DNA of 61,690 bases from an uncultured Rikenellaceae bacterium (GCA_964525415.1 CAZGGZ010000009.1:1-61690), one strand, 5' to 3'. Numbered from the stretch's first letter, positions 1 through 9,869 are shown. Numbers and translations: made by a program. Notes: generated by a model from the sequence alone, not told the origin.

Positions 1-68
1 TCAACACCTAATTCAGCATATTGCTGTCTTGCCAGTTGATAAGCTTTTTCTATTGTATCTTTTTTCAT
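1..68 (-). CDS. rhaA: L-rhamnose isomerase, 5' end only (runs off the window)
   Basis: ATG at 68; hand translation MKKDTIEKAYQLARQQYAELGV resembles Bacteroidetes RhaA N-termini; lies downstream of rhaT-rhaM on the same strand. Confidence 0.75.
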   Translation of the reverse strand, partial: MKKDTIEKAYQLARQQYAELGV

Positions 69-102
69 GACAGTACATTTAATTATAAAGTTTATTTCTT
101 AA

Positions 103-136
103 TTCCCCCTTTGAAGACCCCCCCTCAAGGGGGGAA
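103..136. repeat. GC-rich intergenic palindrome (REP-like or mRNA-stabilising hairpin)
   Basis: TTCCCCCTTTGA...TCAAGGGGGGAA inverted repeat with an internal C run, between rhaM and rhaA. Confidence 0.5.
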
Positions 137-145
137 CAAATTATA

Positions 146-463
146 TTATTCCATATAGAATACCTGTTCAAGCGGTATTGATACTGGTGAATTATCCGGA
201 TTTGTTTCCATGATATCAGCCATGTATTTCCACCATTTCTTAACTATTTCGGTTGAACCGAGATCCTGAGAAGTGCTCTCTCCCGACTGTTCCTGGTAGG
301 CAAAAAGCGTATTTGTCTCTTCATCAAGGAAGATTGAGTAATTACCTATACCCTCATTCTTTAATAATTTCACAAGCTCAGGCCAGATCTCACTGTGTCT
401 TTTCCGGTATTCTTCCTTAAAACCGGGATAAAGCTTCATTTTAAACCCAAATCTCTTTACCAT
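146..463 (-). CDS. rhaM: L-rhamnose mutarotase
   Basis: KRFGFKMKLYPG, EEYRKRHSEIWPEL, NYSIFLDEETNTLFAY and KKWWKYMADIMETNPDNSP motifs; ATG at 463 preferred because the longer ORF overlaps rhaT. Confidence 0.92.
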   Translation of the reverse strand: MVKRFGFKMKLYPGFKEEYRKRHSEIWPELVKLLKNEGIGNYSIFLDEETNTLFAYQEQSGESTSQDLGSTEIVKKWWKYMADIMETNPDNSPVSIPLEQVFYME

Positions 464-473
464 GTAATTATGA

Positions 474-1502
474 TTAACCAAGTTTGACAATAAATGTGGA
501 GAGAATCAGAACAACTATACCTGTTATAAGGATAACAATTGTTTTTGTTCTGACACCTTTCCACTCCTTTAATATTATGCCCCATATGTTACTTATGGCA
601 ATGTTCAGTGCCATCAATATACTCCAGCCGAATACAGCCATACCTTCAGGCAGCTTGCTTGATCCCATCCCAAAGAAATGGAACTGGAGAAACCATAAAA
701 GGCCAGCCAGAAAGGTAAAGAAGAGGTTATTAAGAAGGATATTACCCGATACAGTATAATAGTCCTTATAGGTTTTGTTTTTAATATTCAGGAAACCGCA
801 GTATACAAGATTAGTTATGAATCCTCCAAGAAGAATAAATATGAGTGACGGATTTTTCTGAAACAATGGATTTGTTCCGTGCGCCAGTGCAACATCTTCG
901 ATAGGTTTGCCTGCTTCATAACCAAAGTTAAAGCATGCGCTCATGATCCCTGCAAAGATCGCAATCAGGAGTCCTTTCTTCAATGCGAATTCTTTCACGG
1001 CTGCTTTCTTCTGTTCCTCCGACATCTCTTTGCCTTTAAGGGAGCCTGCATAACCGATAATTATTATCCCGGCTACCGTTACTGATACTCCTATTACAGT
1101 CAGTATCCCACCGGTGGTTGAAAACATATTCTGCCCTGCAATAACAGGCGGTAAAAGTGTTCCAAAGGCTGCACACAGACCAAGTGCAATACTTTGCCCG
1201 AGCGCAACTCCAAGGTAACGAAGGCTTAATCCGAAAGTGAGACCACCGAATCCCCAAAGGATCCCGAAAAACATTGCCAGCAGCTTAGCTGATGAGGGCG
1301 CTTCACTGATAATCGGCATAAGCTCACCCCTGGGGACGAAGATCAGCGCAAAGAGCCAGGGAATAATAAGCCATGCAAAGACACCCTGACTCAGCCAGTA
1401 TGATTCCCATGCCCATGATTTTACTTTCTTGAAAGGGACATAAAAACTTGCAGCTCCTACAGAGCCAACAGCAATTAACAATATTCCTGTGATCGGATCC
1501 AT
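474..1502 (-). CDS. rhaT: L-rhamnose/proton symporter
   Basis: ASFYVPFKKVKSWAWESYW, GLSLRYLGVALGQSIALG and WGIILKEWKG motifs; about 10 TM segments; rha context. Confidence 0.93.
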   Translation of the reverse strand: MDPITGILLIAVGSVGAASFYVPFKKVKSWAWESYWLSQGVFAWLIIPWLFALIFVPRGELMPIISEAPSSAKLLAMFFGILWGFGGLTFGLSLRYLGVALGQSIALGLCAAFGTLLPPVIAGQNMFSTTGGILTVIGVSVTVAGIIIIGYAGSLKGKEMSEEQKKAAVKEFALKKGLLIAIFAGIMSACFNFGYEAGKPIEDVALAHGTNPLFQKNPSLIFILLGGFITNLVYCGFLNIKNKTYKDYYTVSGNILLNNLFFTFLAGLLWFLQFHFFGMGSSKLPEGMAVFGWSILMALNIAISNIWGIILKEWKGVRTKTIVILITGIVVLILSTFIVKLG

Positions 1503-1597
1503 ATAATTTTATTTAATTTGAATTGCAATTTAAAAACTTTATTCTTTATTCACACATTTTTAATAGTCTTGAATTGTCTTACAAATACATTATTAAT

Positions 1598-4336
1598 ATG
1601 AAAGCATTCAGTTTATCCCTGTTCTTTATTTTTGTTTCAGCCGCCATTCTTGCGCAGGATCTGAAAGTAAAAGATCTTACTGTTGAACATAAGAAGAGTC
1701 CGGTTGGCATTGATGCACAGAAGCCAAGGTTATCCTGGAAATTAACTGGTTCCGGGAACAATATATTGCAAACTGCTTATTCGGTAAGAGTAGCAGCAGA
1801 TCAGAAATTTTCATCCGGGAAAATGATCTGGCAGTCAGGAAAAATAAATTCTGATGCATCTGTTCTTCAGGAATATGATGGTCCGGCTTTGAAATCAGGG
1901 CAGAGATATTACTGGCAGGTAAGGGTATGGGACAACAGGGGAAAGGAATCAAAATGGAGCGAAGCAGCTTACTGGGAGATGGGACTGCTTTCTCCATCAG
2001 ACTGGAAGGCCAGATGGATCGAAATGGAAACTGATACAAACCGATATGCTCCTTCACCCCATTTCAGGAAGGAGTTCCCGATCAGCAAGACAGTGACCAA
2101 AGCAGTGGTGTATGTAACCTCTCACGGACTTTATGAGCTTCACCTGAATGGTGAAAAAGTCGGAGACCAGGTACTTACACCAGGATGGACTTCATATGGG
2201 AAGCGTCTTCAGTACCAGGTTTATGATGTTACAGGCAAGCTGGCAAAAGGCAGCAATGCAATCGGCGCAGTTCTCGGCGATGGATGGTACCGAGGAACCC
2301 TGGCGTGGGGTGATAACTGGGCGATATATGGTAAAAGGCTGGGACTTCTTATGCAGATGAAAATAACCTATTCGGATGGAAGTGAAGATCTGATAATAAC
2401 AGATGAAACATGGAAATGCAATAATGATGGTGCTATAAGGATGAATGACCTGTACAACGGAGAAACATATGATGCAAATAAAAAACTGACAGGATGGAAT
2501 AAACCAGGCTATGATGAAAAGAACTGGGATAAAGTAAAGATCGCGAATTATACCGTACCTCTTGTTTCTGCTGAGAGTGTTCCTGTAAGAAAAGTTGAGG
2601 AAATAAAACCAGTGAGGATTTTTAGAACTCCCGGGGGAAGCCTGGTAGCAGATATGGGACAGAATATGGTTGGTTGGATAAGGATCAAGGTTTCAGGTCC
2701 GCAAGGTTCTGTAGTTAAAATACGACATGCTGAGGTCCTTGATAAGTTTGGTGAATTCTATACGGAAAACCTCAGATCGGCTAAATGTGAACTTAAATAT
2801 ACTCTATCCGGGACGGGTGAAGAGGTTTATGAACCCCGATTTACTTTCATGGGTTTCAGATATATTGAGGTTACCGGGTTCCCTGGTAAGCTCACTCCTG
2901 ACAACATAACGGGCATTGTGGTCCATTCTGATATGCAGCCAACAGGTTCTTTTGAGTGTTCCAATACTCTTCTGAACCAGCTTCAGCATAATATAATATG
3001 GGGTCAGAAGGGAAATTTTGTCGATGTGCCAACCGATTGTCCTCAGAGAGATGAACGACTTGGATGGACAGGCGATGCACAGGCTTTCAGCCGTACTGCT
3101 GCGTTCAATTCCTACGTTGCCCCGTTCTTTACGAAATGGCTGAAGGATGTCGCTCTTGATCAGAAGCCCGGGGGTGAAGTGCCTGATGTCATTCCCGATG
3201 TTCTTAACAGACAGGATGCAAAGACAGCCCAACCCTCAGCCGGCTGGGGTGATGTTGCGGTTATCGTACCATGGACGATGTATATTGTTTACGGAGATAA
3301 GAAACTTCTGGAAACCCAGTATCCAAGTATGAAAGCATGGGTTGAGTATATCAGGAAGAAAGCCGGCGACAGTTATATCTGGAAAGGAGGAAGCAAATAT
3401 GGCGACTGGCTCTTCTATCATCCTCCTGTAAATAATCATTCGGAGCCTGACGGACATACTGATCATGATTTTATTGCTACAGCATTCTATGCTTATTCAA
3501 CCAGCCTGCTTGCCAGGGCTGCCAAAGAACTTGGAAAGGCAGAAGATGAAAAGTCTTATACAGAGCTTTTCTATAAGATCAAAACTGTATTTATTAATGA
3601 ATATGTTACCCCGGCAGGGCGTGTAGGAACCAATTCCCAAACCTCATATGTTCTTGCACTGATGTTTGATCTTCTCCCTGATAACCTAAGGGAGAAAGCA
3701 GCCCGGTTTCTCGTGGATGATATCAAAAGCAGAAGGAATCATCTCTCGACCGGTTTCCTGGGAACAGTGTACCTGTGCCATATTCTGACCCAGACAGGGC
3801 ATACAGATGTTGCATATGACCTTCTGCTCCAGGAGACATATCCATCATGGCTCTATCCGGTGAAGATGGGAGCTACAACCATCTGGGAGCGCTGGGACGG
3901 ACAGAAGACGGACAGTACATTCCAGGATGCAGGGATGAATTCATTTAATCATTATGCCTATGGAGCAATCGGCGACTGGATGTACAGGGTATCAGCAGGA
4001 ATTGAAGCCGGATCACCCGGGTATAAGAAGATCCTTATCCAGCCTCATGTCACCGATAAGCTGAATTACTCAAAAGCATCATTTGAAAGCCCTTATGGTA
4101 CCATTGCCTCGGGATGGGAAAGAAAGGACGGCAAAATAATATTCAGAATTATAATTCCGCCAAATAGTGAGGCAAATATCCTTCTTCCTGTTGAGGATCT
4201 TACGACGATAAAAGAAAATGGTTCTCCCCTTTCAGCCGGCAAACCTGATTATTCAATTGCTGTTGATACTAAAGAGGGTAAACGAACCGGACTTGTAAGA
4301 GGATCCGGTGAATACGTTTTTGAGATAGCTGAATAG
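1598..4336 (+). CDS. Secreted alpha-L-rhamnosidase, GH78
   Basis: Signal peptide from ATG 1598; GH78 motifs VPTDCPQRDERLGWTGDAQ, GATTIWERWDG and MNSFNHYAYGAIGDW. Confidence 0.93.
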   Translation: MKAFSLSLFFIFVSAAILAQDLKVKDLTVEHKKSPVGIDAQKPRLSWKLTGSGNNILQTAYSVRVAADQKFSSGKMIWQSGKINSDASVLQEYDGPALKSGQRYYWQVRVWDNRGKESKWSEAAYWEMGLLSPSDWKARWIEMETDTNRYAPSPHFRKEFPISKTVTKAVVYVTSHGLYELHLNGEKVGDQVLTPGWTSYGKRLQYQVYDVTGKLAKGSNAIGAVLGDGWYRGTLAWGDNWAIYGKRLGLLMQMKITYSDGSEDLIITDETWKCNNDGAIRMNDLYNGETYDANKKLTGWNKPGYDEKNWDKVKIANYTVPLVSAESVPVRKVEEIKPVRIFRTPGGSLVADMGQNMVGWIRIKVSGPQGSVVKIRHAEVLDKFGEFYTENLRSAKCELKYTLSGTGEEVYEPRFTFMGFRYIEVTGFPGKLTPDNITGIVVHSDMQPTGSFECSNTLLNQLQHNIIWGQKGNFVDVPTDCPQRDERLGWTGDAQAFSRTAAFNSYVAPFFTKWLKDVALDQKPGGEVPDVIPDVLNRQDAKTAQPSAGWGDVAVIVPWTMYIVYGDKKLLETQYPSMKAWVEYIRKKAGDSYIWKGGSKYGDWLFYHPPVNNHSEPDGHTDHDFIATAFYAYSTSLLARAAKELGKAEDEKSYTELFYKIKTVFINEYVTPAGRVGTNSQTSYVLALMFDLLPDNLREKAARFLVDDIKSRRNHLSTGFLGTVYLCHILTQTGHTDVAYDLLLQETYPSWLYPVKMGATTIWERWDGQKTDSTFQDAGMNSFNHYAYGAIGDWMYRVSAGIEAGSPGYKKILIQPHVTDKLNYSKASFESPYGTIASGWERKDGKIIFRIIIPPNSEANILLPVEDLTTIKENGSPLSAGKPDYSIAVDTKEGKRTGLVRGSGEYVFEIAE

Positions 4337-5239
4337 ATGGAATTTATCAGCAGTCATTATGGTGAATTTGCAGCACTCCTGGTTGCTTTCTTCTGGACAG
4401 TATCCGCACTCGCTTTTGAATCAGCCAGCAAGAAGGTAGGTTCTTTGCCGGTAAATATCCTGAGACTATGTGTTGGTTTTATCTTTCTGAGCACATTTAC
4501 TTTCATCCGCAGAAGGCTTTTTCTTCCGACGGATGCGAGTGCTGAGAACTGGTTATGGCTGGCACTATCAGGATTCGTAGGATTAGTCTTTGGTGACCTT
4601 TTCCTTTTCAAGGCATTTACTGTTATAGGCTCCAGATTCTCTATGCTGATGATGACACTTGTTCCTCCCTTTACTGCCCTTTTTGGCTGGATAATGCTGG
4701 GTGAACATCTTACTTTGATCCATTTTTCAGGGATGGCTCTTACATTCACCGGGATAGCTATGGCTATATTCAACCGTGGAAGTAATGGCGAAAAACTCTC
4801 ACTCAAGCTTGCGCCATCCGGGATCCTCTTTGCGCTGGGGGGTGCTGTCGGTCAGGCACTTGGACTTATCTTGAGCAAGATAGGCGTAAAGGATTATGAT
4901 CCTTTTTCCGCAACACAGATCAGGGTGATTGCAGGTATTGCCGGATTTGCTGTGCTGATTACAGTAATGCGAAGATGGAGCAATGTAAAAAATGCGCTGA
5001 TAAATAAGGATGGAATGAAGCTTCTCTCCATTGGAGCATTTTTCGGCCCTTTCCTTGGAATCTCTTTCTCGCTGGTTGCCGTACTTTACACTGAAGCAGG
5101 CATAGCTTCAACAATAATGGCGCTTGTACCTATATTCATAATTATTCCTTCTGCAGTTATATATAAGGAGAGAATAAAACCTGCAGAAGTAATCGGAGCA
5201 GTATTAAGTGTTGCAGGTGTTGCGTTGTTTTTTATTTAG
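4337..5239 (+). CDS. DMT/EamA family membrane transporter
   Basis: 300 aa, two 5-TM repeats, GDLFLFKAF and IIPSAVIYKERI motifs; starts immediately after the GH78 stop. Confidence 0.85.
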   Translation: MEFISSHYGEFAALLVAFFWTVSALAFESASKKVGSLPVNILRLCVGFIFLSTFTFIRRRLFLPTDASAENWLWLALSGFVGLVFGDLFLFKAFTVIGSRFSMLMMTLVPPFTALFGWIMLGEHLTLIHFSGMALTFTGIAMAIFNRGSNGEKLSLKLAPSGILFALGGAVGQALGLILSKIGVKDYDPFSATQIRVIAGIAGFAVLITVMRRWSNVKNALINKDGMKLLSIGAFFGPFLGISFSLVAVLYTEAGIASTIMALVPIFIIIPSAVIYKERIKPAEVIGAVLSVAGVALFFI

Positions 5240-5245
5240 GATAAT

Positions 5246-5677
5246 ATGGATGTTGAGGAATTAAGAGAACGTATCAGACATGGAGAACTGATCTTTTCCA
5301 CTTCGCGAAGCAGCGGACCGGGAGGACAGAATGTCAACAAGGTTAATACAAAAGTAGAGCTTAGGTTTAATGTTGCAGTCTCATACTGTTTGACTGATAA
5401 AGAAAAAGACAGGGTCTTACTGAAGCTTAAAAACAAGATCAATTCGGAAGGTTATCTGATAGTCATTTCACAATCAGAACGAACTCAGCTGATGAACAGG
5501 AAGAAAGCTGAAGAGAAATTCTTTAAACTCCTTGCCGGTGCTCTTGCGGAAAAGCGTAGACGGAAATCAACAAGACCTACGGAAGTATCAAAAACAAAAC
5601 GACTTGAGAAGAAAAGAAAAAAAAGCAATATTAAAAGACTCCGGAAAGAATCAGGAATTTTCGATGAAGAGACTTAA
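5246..5677 (+). CDS. arfB: Alternative ribosome rescue peptidyl-tRNA hydrolase
   Basis: SRSSGPGGQNVNKVNTKV (GGQ motif), SQSERTQLMNR and a basic C-terminal tail. Confidence 0.93.
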   Translation: MDVEELRERIRHGELIFSTSRSSGPGGQNVNKVNTKVELRFNVAVSYCLTDKEKDRVLLKLKNKINSEGYLIVISQSERTQLMNRKKAEEKFFKLLAGALAEKRRRKSTRPTEVSKTKRLEKKRKKSNIKRLRKESGIFDEET

Positions 5678-5687
5678 CCTATATAAA

Positions 5688-5707
5688 CCCGCCCCTCCAG
5701 GGAAGGG
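5688..5707 (-). terminator. Putative intrinsic terminator hairpin after the MATE gene (convergent with arfB)
   Basis: Minus strand CCCUUCCC-UGGA-GGGGCGGG followed by UUUAUAU. Confidence 0.45.
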
Positions 5708-5771
5708 ATATGTACAAAATGTTCTTCAAATGGGGAATTTAATGACCGGGCACCGAGGACCCGGGATCCAG

Positions 5772-7193
5772 TTACACTTCTTTTAATTTCCATTTTCCCC
5801 TTCTGAAAACAAGATATGCAGTAAGTGTCATAATGGTTTCGGCGATAACAATTGCCAGATATACGCCGTTCTCGTTCATACCCGATGAAATGGCAAACAA
5901 GTATGCCAGAGGTATCTCAATCAGCCAGTATGAGAAGATATTTATCTTGAGCGGAGTAGTAGTGTCACCTGCCCCATTGAACGAATTGACAAGCACCATC
6001 CCGAATCCGTATCCAATAAAGCCGATACTTATTATTCTCAGGCAGGCAGCTCCTGTTTTGAGAACTTCCGGATCGCTGATAAAAAGTCTGATGAAAGGTT
6101 CAGGGAATACAACAAAGATAATTCCAACTATTCCCAGGAAGATCATATTTACCCAGCCGGTAATCATTACTGAACGCTCAGCACGGTCAGGTTTCCCGGC
6201 ACCAAGGTTTTGCCCGACAAGGGTTGAAGCTGCATTGCTGATCCCCCATGATGGGAGAATTATGAAGTTGATGATCCGTATTGCGATTGTGTAGCCTGCA
6301 ACTATCTCACTCCCGAAAATTGAAATTATCCTTACAAGTGCAATCCAGCTTGAGGTCGCAATGAGGTTCTGACCGATGCTTCCGAGAGATATTTTGATAA
6401 GCCGGAAGATGATCCGGAAATTGATCCCGAAGTGTTTTACTGAAAGCTGTATGCGTTTCTTCCCGAAGAAGAGAAGATATACCTGATACATCACTGCTAT
6501 TCCTCGTCCGGTAGTAGTTGCAATTGCAGCTCCTTTAATTCCCATTTCCGGGAATGGACCAAACCCGAATATGAGGCATGGATCCAGTATCATATTTATA
6601 ATATTGCCTATCCATAGAACCCGCATTGCTATTGCTGCATCACCGGCGCTTCTGAAAATTGCATTTATGATAAACAGCAGCATTACAACCGTATTACCTG
6701 CAAGAACAATAGTTGCATATCCAGACATTTCATTTACGATAACCGGCGAAGCGCCCATTATATCAAGAAGGTCTCTGGCAAATAGTGCACCCGGAACGGC
6801 AATTATCACAGATACTATTACGCCTGTAAGGATAGCCTGAAAAGCAGTCTCAGAAGCTTTGTCGGGATTCTTTTCTCCGATCCTTCTGGATACCATTGAA
6901 GTGGTTGCAGTTGCAAGCCCTAATGAAATTGCATAAACGATTGTAAGCAATGATTCGGTCAGACCAACAGTTGCTATCGCATCGGGACCAAGCTTAGACA
7001 CAAAGAAAATATCGACTACAACGAAGATAGATTCCATTATCATTTCCAGCACCGCAGGTATTGAAAGAAGAAGTATGGCACGGCTCAACCTTACTTCGGT
7101 GAAGTCCTGCTCAGTCCCGGAAACAGCCTCTTTGAGGTCCCTGAAGAACAATTTCAGCTTTTGCCTGTTAGTATTTGCAATATCAAGATTCAT
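5772..7193 (-). CDS. MATE family efflux transporter
   Basis: 473 aa, about 12 TM; LSIPAVLEMIMES, VDIFFVSKLG, IFRSAGDA, NMILDPCLIFG and GQNLGAGKPDRA motifs. Confidence 0.92.
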   Translation of the reverse strand: MNLDIANTNRQKLKLFFRDLKEAVSGTEQDFTEVRLSRAILLLSIPAVLEMIMESIFVVVDIFFVSKLGPDAIATVGLTESLLTIVYAISLGLATATTSMVSRRIGEKNPDKASETAFQAILTGVIVSVIIAVPGALFARDLLDIMGASPVIVNEMSGYATIVLAGNTVVMLLFIINAIFRSAGDAAIAMRVLWIGNIINMILDPCLIFGFGPFPEMGIKGAAIATTTGRGIAVMYQVYLLFFGKKRIQLSVKHFGINFRIIFRLIKISLGSIGQNLIATSSWIALVRIISIFGSEIVAGYTIAIRIINFIILPSWGISNAASTLVGQNLGAGKPDRAERSVMITGWVNMIFLGIVGIIFVVFPEPFIRLFISDPEVLKTGAACLRIISIGFIGYGFGMVLVNSFNGAGDTTTPLKINIFSYWLIEIPLAYLFAISSGMNENGVYLAIVIAETIMTLTAYLVFRRGKWKLKEV

Positions 7194-7643
7194 TACCTTG
7201 AATGGTCACAGATTTTCAGAAACAACAAAAGTATTTCATTTTTTTATTTGGCAAAGAAGCCGTTGAATTCATTCTGGCATAATTATTGTAAAAATGACAC
7301 TTAAAACTAAAATCATCTGCAGGAACGATATTTTGCAGTAAAAAGGTGTATTAAAAATGAGAAGAAAAAAAATAAGTCAAAAAAAGAACACATCTCACAA
7401 CATGTACGACAGGAATTTCAATGCGCATAACATACTCACAGACAGTTGTTTATATAATAATAAAAATGAAGTGAAAAAATTAACTGTTAATAAAATGCTA
7501 TTAGTGTTAATATTTCTGATGGTCAAGTGATACAATGTATTAGAAGAATATATATTTTCGCACCAATTAATTTTTTTATTAAGAGTATTAATTTAAAACA
7601 AAAGAGTCTTAAAGAGAAACGATGAATTTTTTCATCATCTGCT

Positions 7644-8885
7644 ATGAACGCTAACAAAAATGAGGCTACGGCTATCCGTGGTGAGAGCCGCCTCGTGGGT
7701 AGTTCTTCTGACGAAGAACCTGGCGCGAAAACCATGATTTTTTCGCAAAACGAGATCCCAATTCAGTCAGTTAGCAACCGGAGTTCGGAGTTCATGCACC
7801 GCTACTTCCCCCTGACAACCGTCGATTCCTGGAATGATTGGAAATGGCAACTGAGAAATGCTATAACAAGCATTGACGAGCTAAAGAAAATCATGAAATT
7901 ATCCGAAAAGGAGATTATGGCTATTAATAATCTTAAAGGCCGTCTTCCTATGAGGATAACTCCGTATTTCGCTTCGCTAATCTATGACACCGGGTATTCA
8001 CATCCCCTTAGAAGGAATGTTATCCCTGTCGTGGAAGAGCTTCTTACCAGTACCAGTGAACAATCTGATCCGTTACATGAGAAATCCTATTCTCCTGTAA
8101 AAGGTATTGTGCACAGATATCCCGACAGGATTCTTTTTACTGTAACCCAGGTCTGTTCAAACTATTGCAGATACTGCACTCGTTCACATTCGGTAGGCAA
8201 ACTTGACAAGCTCGGGAAACAGGATTTTGAGAAGGCATTCAGCTATATTGCAACTCACAAGGAAGTCAGAGATGTTTTGATCAGCGGTGGAGATCCTCTG
8301 ACTCTTAGCGATGCATTACTTGAATACATTGTATCAAATATCAGAAGCATTGAGCATGTTGAAATAATACGTATAGGAACGAGGATACCTGTTGTATTGC
8401 CGCAGAGGATAACCGATAACCTCGTAAACATGCTTAAAAAATACCATCCCCTCTATTTCAGCCTTCATTTTTCACATCCGTCTGAAATAACCGAGGAATG
8501 CGCGAAAGCTTGCAACAAGCTTGCCGATAACGGATTCCCTCTTGGAAGCCAGACTGTTCTTCTCAAGGGTATCAACGACAACGTTCCGGTTATGAAGGAG
8601 CTGATGCATAAGCTGCTTAAGATCAGAGTAAGACCTTATTATTTATACCAGTGTGACCTTATTCCGGGTTCAGGTCATTTCAGGACCACTGTAAAGAAGG
8701 GATTGGAAATAATTAAAGGATTGAGAGGTTTCACAAGCGGTTATGCAGTTCCTACTTTTGTTGTGGATGCTCCCGGCGGCGGCGGAAAAATACCGCTGCT
8801 CCCGAACTATGTTGTTGAGCATAACAGCGAAAAAATAGTGCTGCGTAACTATAAGGGCGTTTTATGCGAGTACCCTGAAAAATAA
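7644..8885 (+). CDS. KamA-family radical SAM/PLP aminomutase (lysine 2,3-aminomutase-like)
   Basis: CSNYCRYCTR cluster motif, VHRYPDR, LISGGDPL, YQCD and PTFVVDAPGGGGK (PLP Lys); start uncertain (7644, 7734 or 7794). Confidence 0.9.
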   Translation: MNANKNEATAIRGESRLVGSSSDEEPGAKTMIFSQNEIPIQSVSNRSSEFMHRYFPLTTVDSWNDWKWQLRNAITSIDELKKIMKLSEKEIMAINNLKGRLPMRITPYFASLIYDTGYSHPLRRNVIPVVEELLTSTSEQSDPLHEKSYSPVKGIVHRYPDRILFTVTQVCSNYCRYCTRSHSVGKLDKLGKQDFEKAFSYIATHKEVRDVLISGGDPLTLSDALLEYIVSNIRSIEHVEIIRIGTRIPVVLPQRITDNLVNMLKKYHPLYFSLHFSHPSEITEECAKACNKLADNGFPLGSQTVLLKGINDNVPVMKELMHKLLKIRVRPYYLYQCDLIPGSGHFRTTVKKGLEIIKGLRGFTSGYAVPTFVVDAPGGGGKIPLLPNYVVEHNSEKIVLRNYKGVLCEYPEK

Positions 8886-8894
8886 GACTCTTTA

Positions 8895-9869
8895 ATGAAA
8901 GTTGGCTTGACTTATGACCTGCGGTCATGGTATCTTGACCGGGGTTATTCCATGGAGGATACTGCAGAATTCGACAAGCAGGAAACCGTTGATGCAATCG
9001 ATACAGCCCTGCGTAAATTGGGCTTTGAGACAGAAGCCGTAGGTAACTGCTTCCAGCTGATTGATGCCCTGGCAGCAGGCAAGAGATGGGATCTGGTCTT
9101 TAATATAGCAGAAGGACTTTATGGTGACGGAAGAGAATCTGTAGTTCCTGCAATTCTTGATCAGTATAAGATCCCGTACGTCTTCAGCGGACCTGTTATA
9201 CTTGGGATCTCCCTCAATAAATACCTGACCAGGCTGATCGTTTCCGCAGCAGGTGTTCCGGTCAGCCCCGGCATGCTGATATCCACAAAATCGGATATAA
9301 CAAAATGCAATCTTGAATATCCCCTTTTCATCAAGCCTGTTTCAGAAGGAACAGGAAAAGGCATCACGGAAAAGAATGTGATCAATTCGCCTGCAGAACT
9401 AAAAGAGGTGGCTGAATATTTACTTGAAAGGTTCAGCCAGCCTGCACTTGTTGAGGAGTATCTTCCCGGAAGGGAATTTACTGTCGGAGTAATTGGCTCG
9501 GGTGATGATGCCATAGCAATCGGGGGAATGGAAATTGAATGCAAAAATAATTTTCCTTATTCCGTTGAGTACAAGGAGAACTATCAGGAGTTCTGCAAAT
9601 ATATTCCGATGGCAGAGGAATTCTCAGGGGAATGTAAAACGGTAGCTCTGAATGTCTGGAAAGCTCTTGGAGGCGTTGATGCCGGAAGAGTGGATGTTAA
9701 AGCTGACAGAAACGGACGGATGTGCTTCATGGAAGTAAATCCCCTGGCCGGTCTTCATCCTGTCCATTCCGATCTGCCAATCCTTTCAAAAATGATCAAT
9801 ATTGATTTCCAGGCTTTAATGGGAATGATCATGAAATCAAGTCTAAAACGACACGGACTTACAATATGA
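8895..9869 (+). CDS. D-Ala-D-Ala-ligase-like ATP-grasp enzyme A
   Basis: KPVSEGTGKGI, VEEYLPGREFTV and RVDVK...MEVNPLAG motifs; lacks the GGxSxE N-terminal motif of true Ddl. Confidence 0.85.
   Translation: MKVGLTYDLRSWYLDRGYSMEDTAEFDKQETVDAIDTALRKLGFETEAVGNCFQLIDALAAGKRWDLVFNIAEGLYGDGRESVVPAILDQYKIPYVFSGPVILGISLNKYLTRLIVSAAGVPVSPGMLISTKSDITKCNLEYPLFIKPVSEGTGKGITEKNVINSPAELKEVAEYLLERFSQPALVEEYLPGREFTVGVIGSGDDAIAIGGMEIECKNNFPYSVEYKENYQEFCKYIPMAEEFSGECKTVALNVWKALGGVDAGRVDVKADRNGRMCFMEVNPLAGLHPVHSDLPILSKMINIDFQALMGMIMKSSLKRHGLTI

Noticed and set aside
7644-8885. EF-P beta-lysylation gene epmB
   Set aside because: No epmA (LysRS-like) or efp nearby; the protein is longer and has the GGGGK PLP motif of the KamA/AblA type
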